Assembly: GCA_000165425.1 (NCBI GenBank)
Contig: CT868463.1
Location: 434,001-459,636 of the forward strand
Reading direction: 5' to 3'
Length of the DNA stretch: 25,636 nt
Source of the DNA: Paramecium tetraurelia
Taxonomy: Eukaryota
Positions 1 through 15,482 of the stretch are shown piece by piece. The position numbers were made by a program, and so were the translations under genes. Position 1 is the stretch's first letter, and every line of letters begins with the position of its first letter. The notes under the pieces were generated by a model, which did not search any database, had not been told where the DNA came from, and worked only from the letters and a program-made list of their open reading frames with translations.

Positions 1-396
1 AAAGATATCACCTCCTTTACATATTCTAATTTTAATTTAGTTCTTACTCCATTACCACGTAGATATATTCCATATCTTCATAAGTCTCAAACACTCTAAT
101 GATGTGTGGATGATCCTTAAATAAACTAAGTTTCCAGAATTACCAATAATTCTACAGTTCTAAGTTCATTATTCAATCTTTCTTACTAATTTACACTAGT
201 CTTTTGGATGATCTTCACTGCTCTGCTTAAACCAGTCGCTCTATGAACCGCTTTATACACCATCCCATATGAACCTTACCCCAATTTCTACATAAACTTT
301 GGATCTTACATCACATTTGTTAAATTCATAAATCTCCTAAAAACTCTTGTTTTTGCTTGAGTTCCTGACTAAATCAATTTTTTTGATTTGTTGCAT
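1..396 (-). CDS. Ser/Thr protein kinase, CaMK/CDPK-like (5' part; continues off the left edge)
   Basis: ATG at 396. Introns 288-309 (22 nt), 116-143 (28 nt), 26-47 (22 nt), all GT..AG. With TAA/TAG=Gln it reads MQQIKKIDLV..KLGQGSYGMVYKAVHRATGLSRAVKII..NELRTVELLDHPHIIRVFETYEDMEYLYVVMEICKGGDIF: Gly loop, AVK lysine, alphaC Glu and HPxI motif of kinase subdomains I-V. Confidence 0.93.
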
Positions 397-405
397 ATTT
401 TAATT

Positions 406-870
406 ATGCAAATTAATCCAATAATATCACCAATCTATTTTGATGATATTTCTGCCGTTCAAACTTATGCAAGATAAAATCACTTGTTACTTTATGTTTA
501 TAAAAATACCATCTATGATCTCTCGGAATTTGCCTACACCCATCCTGGAGGTCTTAAAGAAATATGCACATACGCTAATACAAACATCTCCAAAATCATT
601 TTCGACCCCAGAATACATAAACATTCGCCTTTGGCTCTCTTCAAAATGTCTAAATTTACATTCGGATATATTTAACCACAAAAACAAAAAACCTTACTGA
701 AATCAAAATCTTCATAATCACTACTACAATAAACAAGGAAGAATCTCCTCTCCGCTACTGATCCAGATTACTTGGCTGTGCCAGAGGATTGTTGCATAGA
801 GTAAGTACGAAGCATCAAAACACATAGAAGAGTTTATCATTCAGACGAATAAATGCCATAAATCAAATGA
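406..870 (+). CDS. Cytochrome b5-like heme/steroid-binding domain protein (154 aa)
   Basis: Intronless ATG406-TGA868 with table 6. Contains IYDLSEFAYTHPGG (first heme His) and HKHSPLA (second His, HS motif). The C-terminal tail is hydrophilic with no obvious TM anchor. Confidence 0.88.
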
Positions 871-1075
871 ATATATATATCAGACCAATATTTTATTTTA
901 TTCTGTAAGTAATAAAGATTAATAATTAAACCAATACGAAAGGTTGAAAGTATTTTCCTTTATGTAAATCTGTAAATAAAAGTCTGTTAATTTATCTAAT
1001 AATATTAAGGGAAATATTTTGTAAAACTTTATAATTGAATTGTTTTCTTAATATGAAATAACAAAATTAATTATT

Positions 1076-2568
1076 ATGCATCCTCAATTGCCTAAAATTC
1101 ATGATAGATCACTACAATATGGTGATAATCCATTCTATGTTCCTGATGAATATGAGATATACAAATTGAAGGAGAAATCAAAATAGGCTAGATCTGAAGA
1201 AAGACTCAAGTTTTCAAAATTGAAGATTCATGAAAAAAGCAAAAAGTAAAGAGGATTCTTCACTGTGAGAACCATAGATCGTTTGGATAGTGAAGAATCG
1301 TTATTGGATTAGGAAGAATAAGAAAAGAAGTATCAAATGAATATGATTTAAGAAATATAGTGGATATTGCAAATGATGCTTTAAAAAACAGAGTTCGATA
1401 AAGAGAACCCATGTATTAATTTTTGGAGAAGAAGAAAGAAATGCTATTGTTTTCAATGCTCATAGATTAAAAGAGAGGAATGATTGATGAATATGAAAAG
1501 TTAGCAAGATTGCATAGAAAAGGTTTGGAATAAAGTGAATAATTAATTGATGAAGATATTGAGATGTTTAATAAATTTTTGGAGGCTAATAACAATAGTT
1601 CCAGAGATGCAATAAAAGAAGCAGAAAACGAAACAAGATTAAAATAAGAGAAAACAAATGAAATTAAATTATTGCAAGAACACAGAACAGAATTAATGAC
1701 TAAAAATCAATAGAAGGTTGATAATTTAGAGGACTTAATAAAATACAAAAATTTTCTAGACAAAATAACTCCCAAAGAATTTTAAAAGAAGAATCAAAAA
1801 AAGTAGTAAATTAAGAATAAAAATAAAAAAAATCCTTAAGATAATTTAATAAGTTCAGATCTCTAAAAAATTTTGGATGATTCTGACGATGAATTCGATT
1901 CTTATTTTAAAGACCCTTAATAATTGTTTGATATATTCTAACAATTAGAAGAGAGAAACCTATTTTTGATAGCAAACACTAAAGAAAGAGAACAAATGGT
2001 TGAGGAATTGAAATCAAAGGTAGATTTAAAGAAAAGATAACTGGAGGATAAGAAATAAAATGCCATTTAGAATAAATTGGACTTAGAAAGATAGATAATA
2101 TCAGTGAATGATTAGATAAAGATCTTAAAGAGTATAAAGAGTGACAATGAGGGGTTTGAGTCTCTTCGTAATTTAGAAATGATGATTTCGAGAATGTACA
2201 GGATAGATCTAAATCCAGAACCTAGGAAGGATATGTCAGGATTGGAAATGTTAAAAGAAACAGAGAGAAAGTTAGAACAATATATCTTAGAGATTAAGAA
2301 GTATAGATAAATTGCACCGGATTTGGTATTAGATAAAGAGAAAGGGTGTATTAGAATGAAAAAAGATAAAATGAAATAAGAAAAGCAGGAACAAGATTTG
2401 ATAGAGATGTAAAAAAAATAGTAAGAGCAATAAAAAGAAGTTATTATTTAAAAACGATTTGGAAGACCCATAATGATTAGATCATGGCCACCAAAAGAAG
2501 AAAAAGAAGAGTAAGTTGTAACTGAAATCAGTGAGGAGGAAAAGGAAAGGTTAAAGTATTTTACATGA
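1076..2568 (+). CDS. CFAP100/CCDC37-like (DUF4200) ciliary coiled-coil protein (~489 aa)
   Basis: ATG1076, intron 1330-1352 (23 nt), TGA2566. Has NPFYVPDE near the N-terminus and FLEKKKEMLLFSMLIDQKRGMIDE..EQLIDEDIEMFNKFLEANNNSSRDAIKEAENE..KQEKTNEIK, the pattern I recall for DUF4200/CFAP100. Ends in EEEKERLKYFT. Confidence 0.82.
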
Positions 2569-2606
2569 TAATTTATATATATATATTCTTTTAATTTATT
2601 TTCAGA

Positions 2607-6207
<3,601 letters not shown>

Positions 6208-6269
6208 TATAAAATTAAATTTTGATAATTTGATACTTATAGTATATATTTCAATATTGTGATTGCTGA

Positions 6270-7092
6270 TCACTTGTTCATCTCAACCAATAAGACATGA
6301 GCCTTGTCTATTGGCTTCAAAACAATACTTTTGAAAAGCTTCACTCCATCGTACTAATTGATTAATTAGCTTTTGAGTTCTTGCAAAGGTTACTTTGAAT
6401 CAATAGTCATTTCAAACTAACCTTCCACACATAACAGGTAGGCTTATCTGCCCTCCTTGATCTATATTGCTTAAAAATGAAGAAATACCTCAAATCTTTA
6501 TTCTGTTGAAAACTCGCTAACCCATATATTAGTATCTTAATTAATTTTTGCTGGAGCTTATGAATTTCCTTATAAATCTCCAACCAAATGAAACCATTTA
6601 TTATTTGCTTAACCATTCTCTCCTCTATAACTCTTATATTGCACTTTAGTGTTAGTTTATCGTGGTTTTATCCAAATTTATATGAATCTGCAAACTTCTT
6701 TTTTTGATAAATTGTATTCAGAATGAAAAACGCCTGATCCTGCACTCATATATTATGCTGATCCTCTCCCAAGTGATTCTTTGTTCCCTTTTGAATCCTC
6801 GTGAGTTAATTCTCCCTACACAATGTAAGTGACAATTTCCATATTTTAATGAGGATGCTCTCCAAATCCTTTATTAGGTTAGACTAAGTCATCATTCATT
6901 ACTGTTAGTGCTCCAAATGATTAATTTGATGGATCATAGTATTCTTGAATTGATTAAAATATTACCTGCAAAACTAAAGTGGAATCTGCTCTTTAACCAA
7001 TTAACCTTTGGATCATCGTTTTTTGGGTTTCCAAAATGTCGAGGATCAGGTTCACTAACATATAAGTTTTTTGCTGGTATATGAATAAACAT
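6270..7092 (-). CDS. Pirin-family (bicupin, YhhW-like) protein (266 aa)
   Basis: ATG7092, intron 6944-6965 (22 nt), TGA at 6272-6270. Reads WLKSRFHFSFAEYYDP..FGALTVMNDDLVQPNKGFGEHPHQNMEIVTYIVQGELTHEDSKGN..QYMSAGSGVFHSEYN..FIQIWIKP, the full pirin signature with His-x-His and His-x-Glu metal ligands. Confidence 0.95.
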
Positions 7093-7493
7093 TATTATAA
7101 TAATTTAAAAGTTATTAGTTATTTACCTTCTTCAATTCCGAATTGGAATTTCTAAACTCTGAAATTTTAAATTCTATAAATAATTTATTATATTTAATCA
7201 GTATAATTAAAAAATCTTCTCCTCACATAAAATTCTATTTTCTTTGTGTTTATTTTTCAATTTTTACATATAAATTTATATTCGTAAATATCTACCCAAT
7301 TTATAATAAATCTATTATTTTATTGAAGATCTCAAATTTTTTAAATTCAAATAATATAAAAATATAAATATCACAGATCTAAATAAAACTTCTATTTCGG
7401 TTTTTTGAATTAATAAAAATTCTATTAGAAGTAATAAAATATCTCTAGGTTTAATTCTGATTGATATATTATTAAAAATTTTTATATTATCAA

Positions 7494-10400
7494 ATGTTTG
7501 ACAATATGTTTACCTATTTTGGTGGGCTTGCATCTAAAGCAAAGTCAAAAATTATCGAAAAAACATTATAGCCTATCATAGACTATAACTTTGAAAACAT
7601 TTTTGAGTAGAAAATTGCAATTAAAGATTTAAATAAAGGAATTACAGATGTTAAATTAAACACAAAATATATAAATGGAATGCTTAAAACTAACTCTCTA
7701 AAAGAATTTCATATTAGTAAATCATATTATCTAATGATAGAATTTATAAAACTTGAAAAACTGCAATTATAAATGAGTGATGTAGAAATAACATTAGATT
7801 TGAATACTTATATTCAATAAGAAGAAGTCTTGGAATCACTAGAAGTTGAAAATTTAGTTAACCAAAGTGTTCACATGTAGATGGAGCAATTAAAGAAGGA
7901 ATTTTTAGTAATAAATATTTATATTAATAGTGCGAAGGTAGTGACTCATATTTTTAAAATGAAGTCAAATCTCAAACTTAATAGAGTGGAACAAATAAAA
8001 CCTCATCGAAAACGGTCATGTTCTTAAGAATAATAGATAGCATTTTTGGGAATATAAAAATTGATATTAAGAATTTAAGGATTAAATTTGTTGGCAAATT
8101 AAATTCTAATAAGATAAGTAGTTTTACACTCAGCATAAACAAAATCAATTGCACAATGCAGAAACCCTAAAATAGCAACTAAATCCTTTTTTTATGCTTC
8201 GTTGATTAACTTAAACTCTATCTTGATAACAAAAAATAAATTGGTTAAATGGATAATGCTTTTAAATTAGATGTTTATCTAAAATAAGACGCAGAACCAA
8301 AAATAACTATTTAAGCTTCTTAATTTTAAGTAGTAGCATCACTAAATTAATTGGATTAAATAATGCAGCTATTTGCTTAGAGTGCATAAGTTTTAGAGCA
8401 GAGAGAAAATACAATAAAAGAAGCAATACGACAGAGCCATATTACTTAATAAATTATTAATTCAAATAAATAGTCTTCTGAAGAGCGTTCTAAAATCATG
8501 AATTTAAATAAATACAAATTAGAAGAGTATTTTAAAAAATCTTATCATGAGAAGAACTTCGAAAACGAAGAATATCTAGAGAGTACTTTTATTATTCAAA
8601 ATGTGCCTGATTCTAAAATTGCAGATTTATATACTTCAATTAAGCAAATGAGTGAATAAAAGGAATTTTTAGTTGCTAGCTTTTAAGGTTTGAGTCTATA
8701 TTTAACATCTAATGAAACCGAACAAGAATTTAATTATTAATAAAAAAAATTTAAAGTTGACTTAGATAACTACTTCTTAGTTTCATTATGTGATATAAAA
8801 ATAGTAAAGCATGATAAGTTAAATATTTTTGTTAATTCTGTACTAATTTATGAGTTATTGAAAATAGAACCTTAATTTATTAGTACAAGAGAGTTCGTTC
8901 ACAAATAAGAATTTGAATTTGTTATGATAGGTCCTTAAAAGTTTTTATGCAAAATAATCCTTAGAACTGGAAGAGATTAATTTTTTAGTTAAGACTTAAA
9001 TAAAGATGGTTATCAAATTGAAATTTAAGAACCAACAATATTTGCTTCTTAAGCATTTTTTGTAACTCCAATAAAACTTTAAATTAGAGATAATAATATT
9101 GACATGGATATAACGCAGTTTAACTTAATTGTAGACAAAAATTAGCTATAGTTTATTATGAAGATTGTTAATATTTATACACAGAATTCAGTAAAACCAA
9201 ATAATCAAGTTAAATCAGAAACCCAATTCAAAATATCGAAATTTAAATTTTCCGTATTTTACCATGTTGGCAATACTTCCTCTACTAATAACTAAAATAA
9301 TTCATCAATCGATGAAGATTATATCTAATTTGATTTTGTAGATTTCTTCCTAGCAACTCCAGATGCAAATGAATAAAACTCCTCATTATGTTTATATAGA
9401 AGCTAATTCAAATTTGGATGTCAAAGTATTTGGGGCTTAGATAAATAGATAGCAATATATAATTTAAAGGGCAATTTAGGATCATAACTAAGACCTTCGA
9501 CTTAAAATATAAAGAAATTTAATGAAGAGAATAAATCCTAAATAACTCAATATGTGAAAGACTGTAAATCAAAGCAAGAGTAGCATTTAGAATTATAAAT
9601 AGATAGTGTTATCTTAAATCATAATTCATTTGATTAGTTTTACAAGATGATTTCTTAGCTAAATTCAGTATTTAACGATAACTCAAAATAAACCTAGAAT
9701 AATTAGAAAAAGCAATAGAATTTTTATTTCAGCGCTAAAATCTAAATAATTGAAGTAACTTTATACTAAACCATATTCCTTAGCTTCAATTAATTCAAAT
9801 ATTACTTTACAATAGATTACTAATTTATATTAATAGAGGATTTAAATGGATTTTATAAGAATAATTCTCAATTATTATTGATGAACTAAGTTCAGGATAA
9901 ATGGATATTCAGTTTAATTATGAAATAAAACAACATAAATCTTGAGTTTTCAGCTCTCAAATTAAATTTAACAAATTTTAATTTTAATAAATTGATCTCA
10001 TGTATCACATAATTAGTAAAATCAGTTTAATATGTAAATCCTCCTTAATAATAAAGTAAATCATAAAATGAGAAATCTCAGGTAAATATTGTATTTAAAT
10101 CAATAATGATTGATATTTTGCCATTCTACAATGAGGAAATTATCCTCTAGAAAAAAGGGTAAGCAAAATTGAATTACTCCAAAGATTAACATTAATCTTG
10201 GACAAGAACTATTTTAGTATTCAATAATACAATCGTCAAGTAAGATTTAATACAAATTGATGAAGTTTAATATTATTTTTAAAACTGCAATGTGGCTAAT
10301 CGAAATGATTAACTCATAAATTTAGAAGAATTTTAGAATATAGGATAAATTTAAAAAATTGAATTACTTAAGAATAAATTATTGAAAATCAATTCTATTT

Positions 10401-11571
10401 AATTTTTCCGTATTTCTAAATAGTTAATTGTTGATCTAATTGATCATTATGAACATATTAGTAAGGACTTTTAGAAAAGTAATAATAATGTTAATGAGAT
10501 GAAGAATTATCAAAAATTAGATAAAATAGAAATGAAATAAAAAAGCTTTGAGATTCGCTGTGATTAAATATCTTTAACTGATGAATCATAGACATTTGAA
10601 GTGGTGATTTATTATACATAACTTGATTTAGGAGAGAAATGCTTTTAGCTTAAACTAGCCAGAGCATAAATATTAGATATACTTTAATAGAGTAAGTTTA
10701 AATATATACTTGATGAAGATGACTAAAATGAATTAGACTTTTTCTAAAGTGAATAAATAAAGGAAAGGTTATTTTTAGATTTGATTATTCAATTTGATTA
10801 AAATAGCTTGGCATTATGGTTATAATTAAAACCTATAAGAATTTGTCTATCTGGATACTAATTCCAAGAATTACTTAAATCTTTTTCAACAAAAAATAAA
10901 GAAGTAATTACTTAAGTAAAAAACGATGACGATGATGAATGTTTTGAAATCATTCATTAAAAGAAACCTTTCAATTTATAAGTTGAACTGTTTCCAATTT
11001 AATTTATAGTTTCATTTGATTCAGAAGGATTGGATGTTGATGGATTAAAAAACTAAGTCTTGAAATTTGGATCATTCAATAATTTAATTTTAGCAACTAA
11101 TAAGGTTTTATACTTCCATTAGTTCAATCAAACTTCTAGATAAGATTTTCTTTAATTTCTTAAAAGCTAATAATTATCAACTTTTGGAATTTTGCTTTAG
11201 GCATATAGTTCACTTGAAATAACAAAAGCTGCTAGTTCATTTACTGATGCTATAATGAATATGATTAGTAAGCCGTTCATTTCAAATAATGGTTTTGTAA
11301 AATATAATAGTTATTTTTAGTTGTATGGATTAATGGAGGGTAGTTATGATTTTACTTGTGGGATAACTTCATCATTACTATAATTAACAGCCTTACCAGC
11401 CAGTGCTTTAAATAATATGGCCAATTATATTGGACTTGGCGTTATAACAGTTCCCTTCTCTTAACTCGAAGAATTTTGCAAAAAATTATTTTATAAGGTA
11501 TTTATAAATTAAAAAAATAGATTAACCCAGAAAAAGGAATTCCATTAAGATTTTTCAAAGATTAACAATGA
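7494..11571 (+). CDS. ATG2/VPS13-like bridge lipid-transfer protein (~1335 aa)
   Basis: ATG7494, introns 7908-7930, 11297-11320 (3n), 11498-11520, TGA11569. Chorein_N-like start (ITDVKLNTKYIN..IIDSIFGNIKIDIKNLRIKF) and a beta-rich body. C-terminal region LQLKPIRICLSG..LFPIQFIVSFD..SFTDAIMNMISKPF..GFLYGLMEGSYDFTCGITSS resembles the ATG2 C-terminal part. The gene is solid; the family call is by eye. Confidence 0.68.
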
Positions 11572-12506
11572 TTTATAATGTTTGAAATAATAGTCAAAAC
11601 TATATTTTAAATTGTTTACATTACATCAAAAATTTATAATCTTTAATTTATAACCTTCGATTTAGATATAAATTAATAGAAAAATGATGGTTTCCTACAG
11701 AAGAGATTTTAGATTTGAAAATATAGTTTAAAATAGTAATTGGATTTATAAATTTTATCATAAATTTATCATGATAAGATTTTACATTCCAATCACGTAA
11801 TTTATGTAGTTTCGAATATTTTATCTGAAAATTCTAAATTTTCTTTGGACTTATGAGTTGATGCTGTTTATAAGAAGGAAAATCTTAAATATAATACATA
11901 TTTAAGGGACCCAATAATCTTCAAAAATGAGAAAAATATAAGATATATTCAATATCTATTAATAGGAAAAGATTAAATTGCTAAATCTCATTTTTGCATA
12001 TATCAATTACTAAGCATATTATGGAAGTTATTTGGTTACGGCCTTCAAAAGTGAGATTAACTAATATTTGTATTGTTCCTTAACATAACTTTGATATCTG
12101 AATTAAGCCCGCTATAATATTCAAGCTAAAACCGTTCTTAATCTATTATTTAAAAAATATTAAATGTGCTATAACTAATAAATATTTTCTGAAACAAAAT
12201 ATTGAAGAGCTATTTAGAATAGTGGAACTAACGTATTTGATATTATAATAGAATTCATATAAGTTTAAATTTAATTCTAGATATCTTGTTTAAGTTATCT
12301 AGGTTCTAAATATTCTATAAGCATTTTATTTTCTATAAATGAGAAAAATAATATATAGAAAATTTAAGTATTAATATTATGATATCTATTATAATAAAGA
12401 ATTATTATTCTCTATTATTATTTTAATATATATCTAAATTAATATCAAAATTGATGAGAAAATAAATTCTTTAGACTTTATTAATTAGCTTAATGCATTT
12501 TGTCTA

Positions 12507-12937
12507 TCAACATCTAATCATTAAATTGTGATTATTATTGTGCTTGGTTTTATTTTCTCTTGATGCTATAAACGAATTTCTATGATAATAAAAATTTACA
12601 TAAATCTAGTTGGAACAGTTTCTGTCTTAAACAAGATTTTTGGTTCCAAAAGAGTTGGGACATCGAACTATCTCTTTTGGTATAAATTTTTAATTTCCAT
12701 ATATAGTTGATTTTATTCATCCTCAAATTTTGCTGTTCTATTTCTAAAATGCAACGAATTTGCATCCTTCGACATGTCCATTTTATTGGGTCCTATAGTT
12801 GATCTATATTTTGTTTCAGGTGTGTTTAATTCAGCAGCTGATATACTTGAGAATTTTCGGCATTCTTAAGTTGAAAGCTCTTACTCTAGATCTTTAAATT
12901 AAGGAGAGAGCAATTCTTCTTTAAATCGTTCTTACAT
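12507..12937 (-). CDS. Small hypothetical protein (~136 aa)
   Basis: ATG12937 in an AAAATG context, reading MQERFKEELLSPQFKDLEQELSTQECRKFSS.. GC is higher than in the flanks. Candidate intron 12580-12599 (20 nt), TGA at 12509-12507. No recognisable domain; the 3' end is uncertain. Confidence 0.65.
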
Positions 12938-13550
12938 TTTATTTAATTTATTTAGTGTTAAATTTATAACAAAAAAGTTAATATTTATAAATAAATATTT
13001 AAGAAAATAGCAGTAGATATTATGCAATAAAGAGATAACTTAATCTGTAATCAAAGCATTATTAGATTTTATTGAATTACAATATTTCTAAACCTACTTT
13101 ATAAATTTAATTCACATATAAATGATTCATTTAATAATAAATAAATTTAATTTCAGTGTATTTGTTCGTCGATTCACATTAGATTTGGGATATTTAAAAT
13201 GAGATGCAGTATAGATTAAATTTCAACGAAACATATTTAATATCATTGAAGTAATTCAAAAAGAATTTAACTCAAGTTTTTACTGTTTCAATTAATATTA
13301 ATGTTTTCTCTAGATGTCTACTATTTTGTTCCAAAAATCTTGGAGAATACTTCTTTAATTTAATCTGATCCAGTTAATTTATATAAATAAACTATAAAAA
13401 TCAAATATATTATACTTTCTAAGCTTCAATTTTACTTGGATATATTATATTTTTTATTGTAATTCATAATAAAATGAACAATGTGATTGAAATATATGGG
13501 AATTATTTTTAGTGAGAATAAATAATTTTTTTATAATTTGATATATTAGA

Positions 13551-15226
13551 ATGTCTGCAGTGGAACTTCCAGATGTAAATATTAGCATATGACAATATAG
13601 ATACGTTTATATTCAAATAAATCAAGCACACGATAGAGTAAGAAGAGTGATTATGAAAAATATCGAAAGTTAGCTGTGATTAAGTCGGTTGACAAATTAA
13701 TAAAAAAAAATGATCTTTAATCAGTTTTGGGTTTTGATGATGATTATTATCCTAAATAAATAGAAGATTAGAAGGTTTTATGCTTAGTTATTGTAGAAAG
13801 TAAACGAAGCTCATGAAGTTCATGTCAATCTTACAGAGCTCAAAAAAAGTTGTGATTCAATGAAGATAAATGGAATTAGAAAAGAAAAAGATATAGAAAA
13901 TATGAGAAAGGAAATTGATTCAATGACAATTTAAGTAGATCAATATAATTAAACCTAACATAACTTGTAAACAAAGGAGAAAGAATTAAATCAAAAATTA
14001 GAAGACTAGCATAAACTTTTAAGTGAAAGTTAATATGATAGAAAAATCTTTGAACATATGTTAAATAGAATGAAGAAAGATTAATTGGGTTATTAACTTA
14101 GAGCAAACTAATATGAAAGACACCTATAATTAGCTCTTTAATAATATCATAGTAGCACATACAAGTAAATTTTTTATATAATTGTGTAGAACACAATAAA
14201 TTCAAGAAATATACAGCAAGACTTTGATGGCTCTAAAAGATGTTACTGAAGGGATTCAGTAATAAAATAAGAATAGAGAGAAGAATTTATAAAGATTTAA
14301 GGATGATTTAAGACAGAGATAAGATATAGAATAGAAGAGAGACGATAGAATAAAGAGATAATAAGAAATAGCTGAAGTTGCTGCAAAGGATATAAAAGAT
14401 AGTGCACTTAAAAAATGGAGAAAATTGCTTTTGGTCCACAAATTTCTTAATTCTTTTTTAAAAAACAAAATGCAAAGAGGAATTGCTTAATATTAGGATT
14501 TAGAAATGACATTTTAAAAGATTAAAGCCTCAACAGGTATTACTGATGCGAATGAAATTGTGTAAAAGTTCTTAGGAAGAGAATAAACCTATGCACATCT
14601 TTTGATTTCTATATCAGATTATGAAAAGAAGATTAGTGCATTAAAGAATGAAAATTAAGATCTTTAAACATAATTTTCAAATTTAAAGCAATAATATACT
14701 GATATGGATAAAGAATTTTAGGTTGAAACATACAGATAAAAGGAAGATTTATTTGAATAGGATAAATTAGTATTGGAAGTAGAAGAGAAAGCCACTGTGG
14801 CAGGATTATTAGAGAACAAGCTTAGAAATTGGATGTCTCGAGGATTGAAAAAGTTAGGGTTATAAAAAAATTAAGGGTTTTAAGCCATCATTGATGCTGT
14901 TAGAGACAAATTGTTAAAATTGTCTACGAAAGTATATTTACTTAATTTTACTTTAGGACTAAGAAGAACTATTGAATAAATCAATTCTTAATGCAGTTAG
15001 TGATATTAAAGATTAGGAATTCTTGAAAAGAAATGTGAGAGTCAAACCAAAAAAATAACTTACTTAATCCCATACTAATCATTCTATGGATTAATCTTCT
15101 ATTAAAGATGACGAAGATATGTTTGATGAATTACCAATAAAAGAGGATGAAGAAGATGAATTAGAGGAAGAAAGGCTTATTGAACAATTAAGAGAAGAAA
15201 TTAAAGTTAAAAATCATAAAAAATGA
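13551..15226 (+). CDS. Coiled-coil protein, outer-dynein-arm docking-complex (ODAD1/ODAD3)-like (~525 aa)
   Basis: ATG13551, introns 13575-13600, 13775-13796, 14165-14189, 14932-14956, TGA15224. Long E/K/Q heptad-rich sequence with LEMTFQKIKASTGITDANEIVQKFLGREQTYAHL, a motif I associate with ODA-DC coiled-coil subunits. Acidic C-terminus. Confidence 0.7.
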
Positions 15227-15482
15227 CATATCAATTATTTCTTAAAAGTAAATATCAAAATAAAATTATTTTCATTATTTATTGATTCTTATAAGTAATA
15301 ATATCCATAAACATTAAGAACTTATACTTTTTTGATTATATTTTATTAAAAATTGTTTTTTTAATTTTATTGAGGAAATGAATACTTTATTGATTTTTCT
15401 AATATGATACACATTGCAATACCCAAATCTTACAAGAACAAAACATAAAATGAATAATAATATAATTTTAATGATAGGAAGG

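Noticed and set aside
440..700. ORF-track entries 440-700 (+) and 487-687 (-)
   Set aside because: Shadow frames of the cytochrome b5-like gene. Only the 484-675 frame carries the HPGG motif.
11683..11830. Possible box C/D snoRNA (ATGATGG ... CTGA)
   Set aside because: Box C is imperfect, there is no terminal stem or recognisable guide, and such motifs arise by chance in AT-rich DNA.
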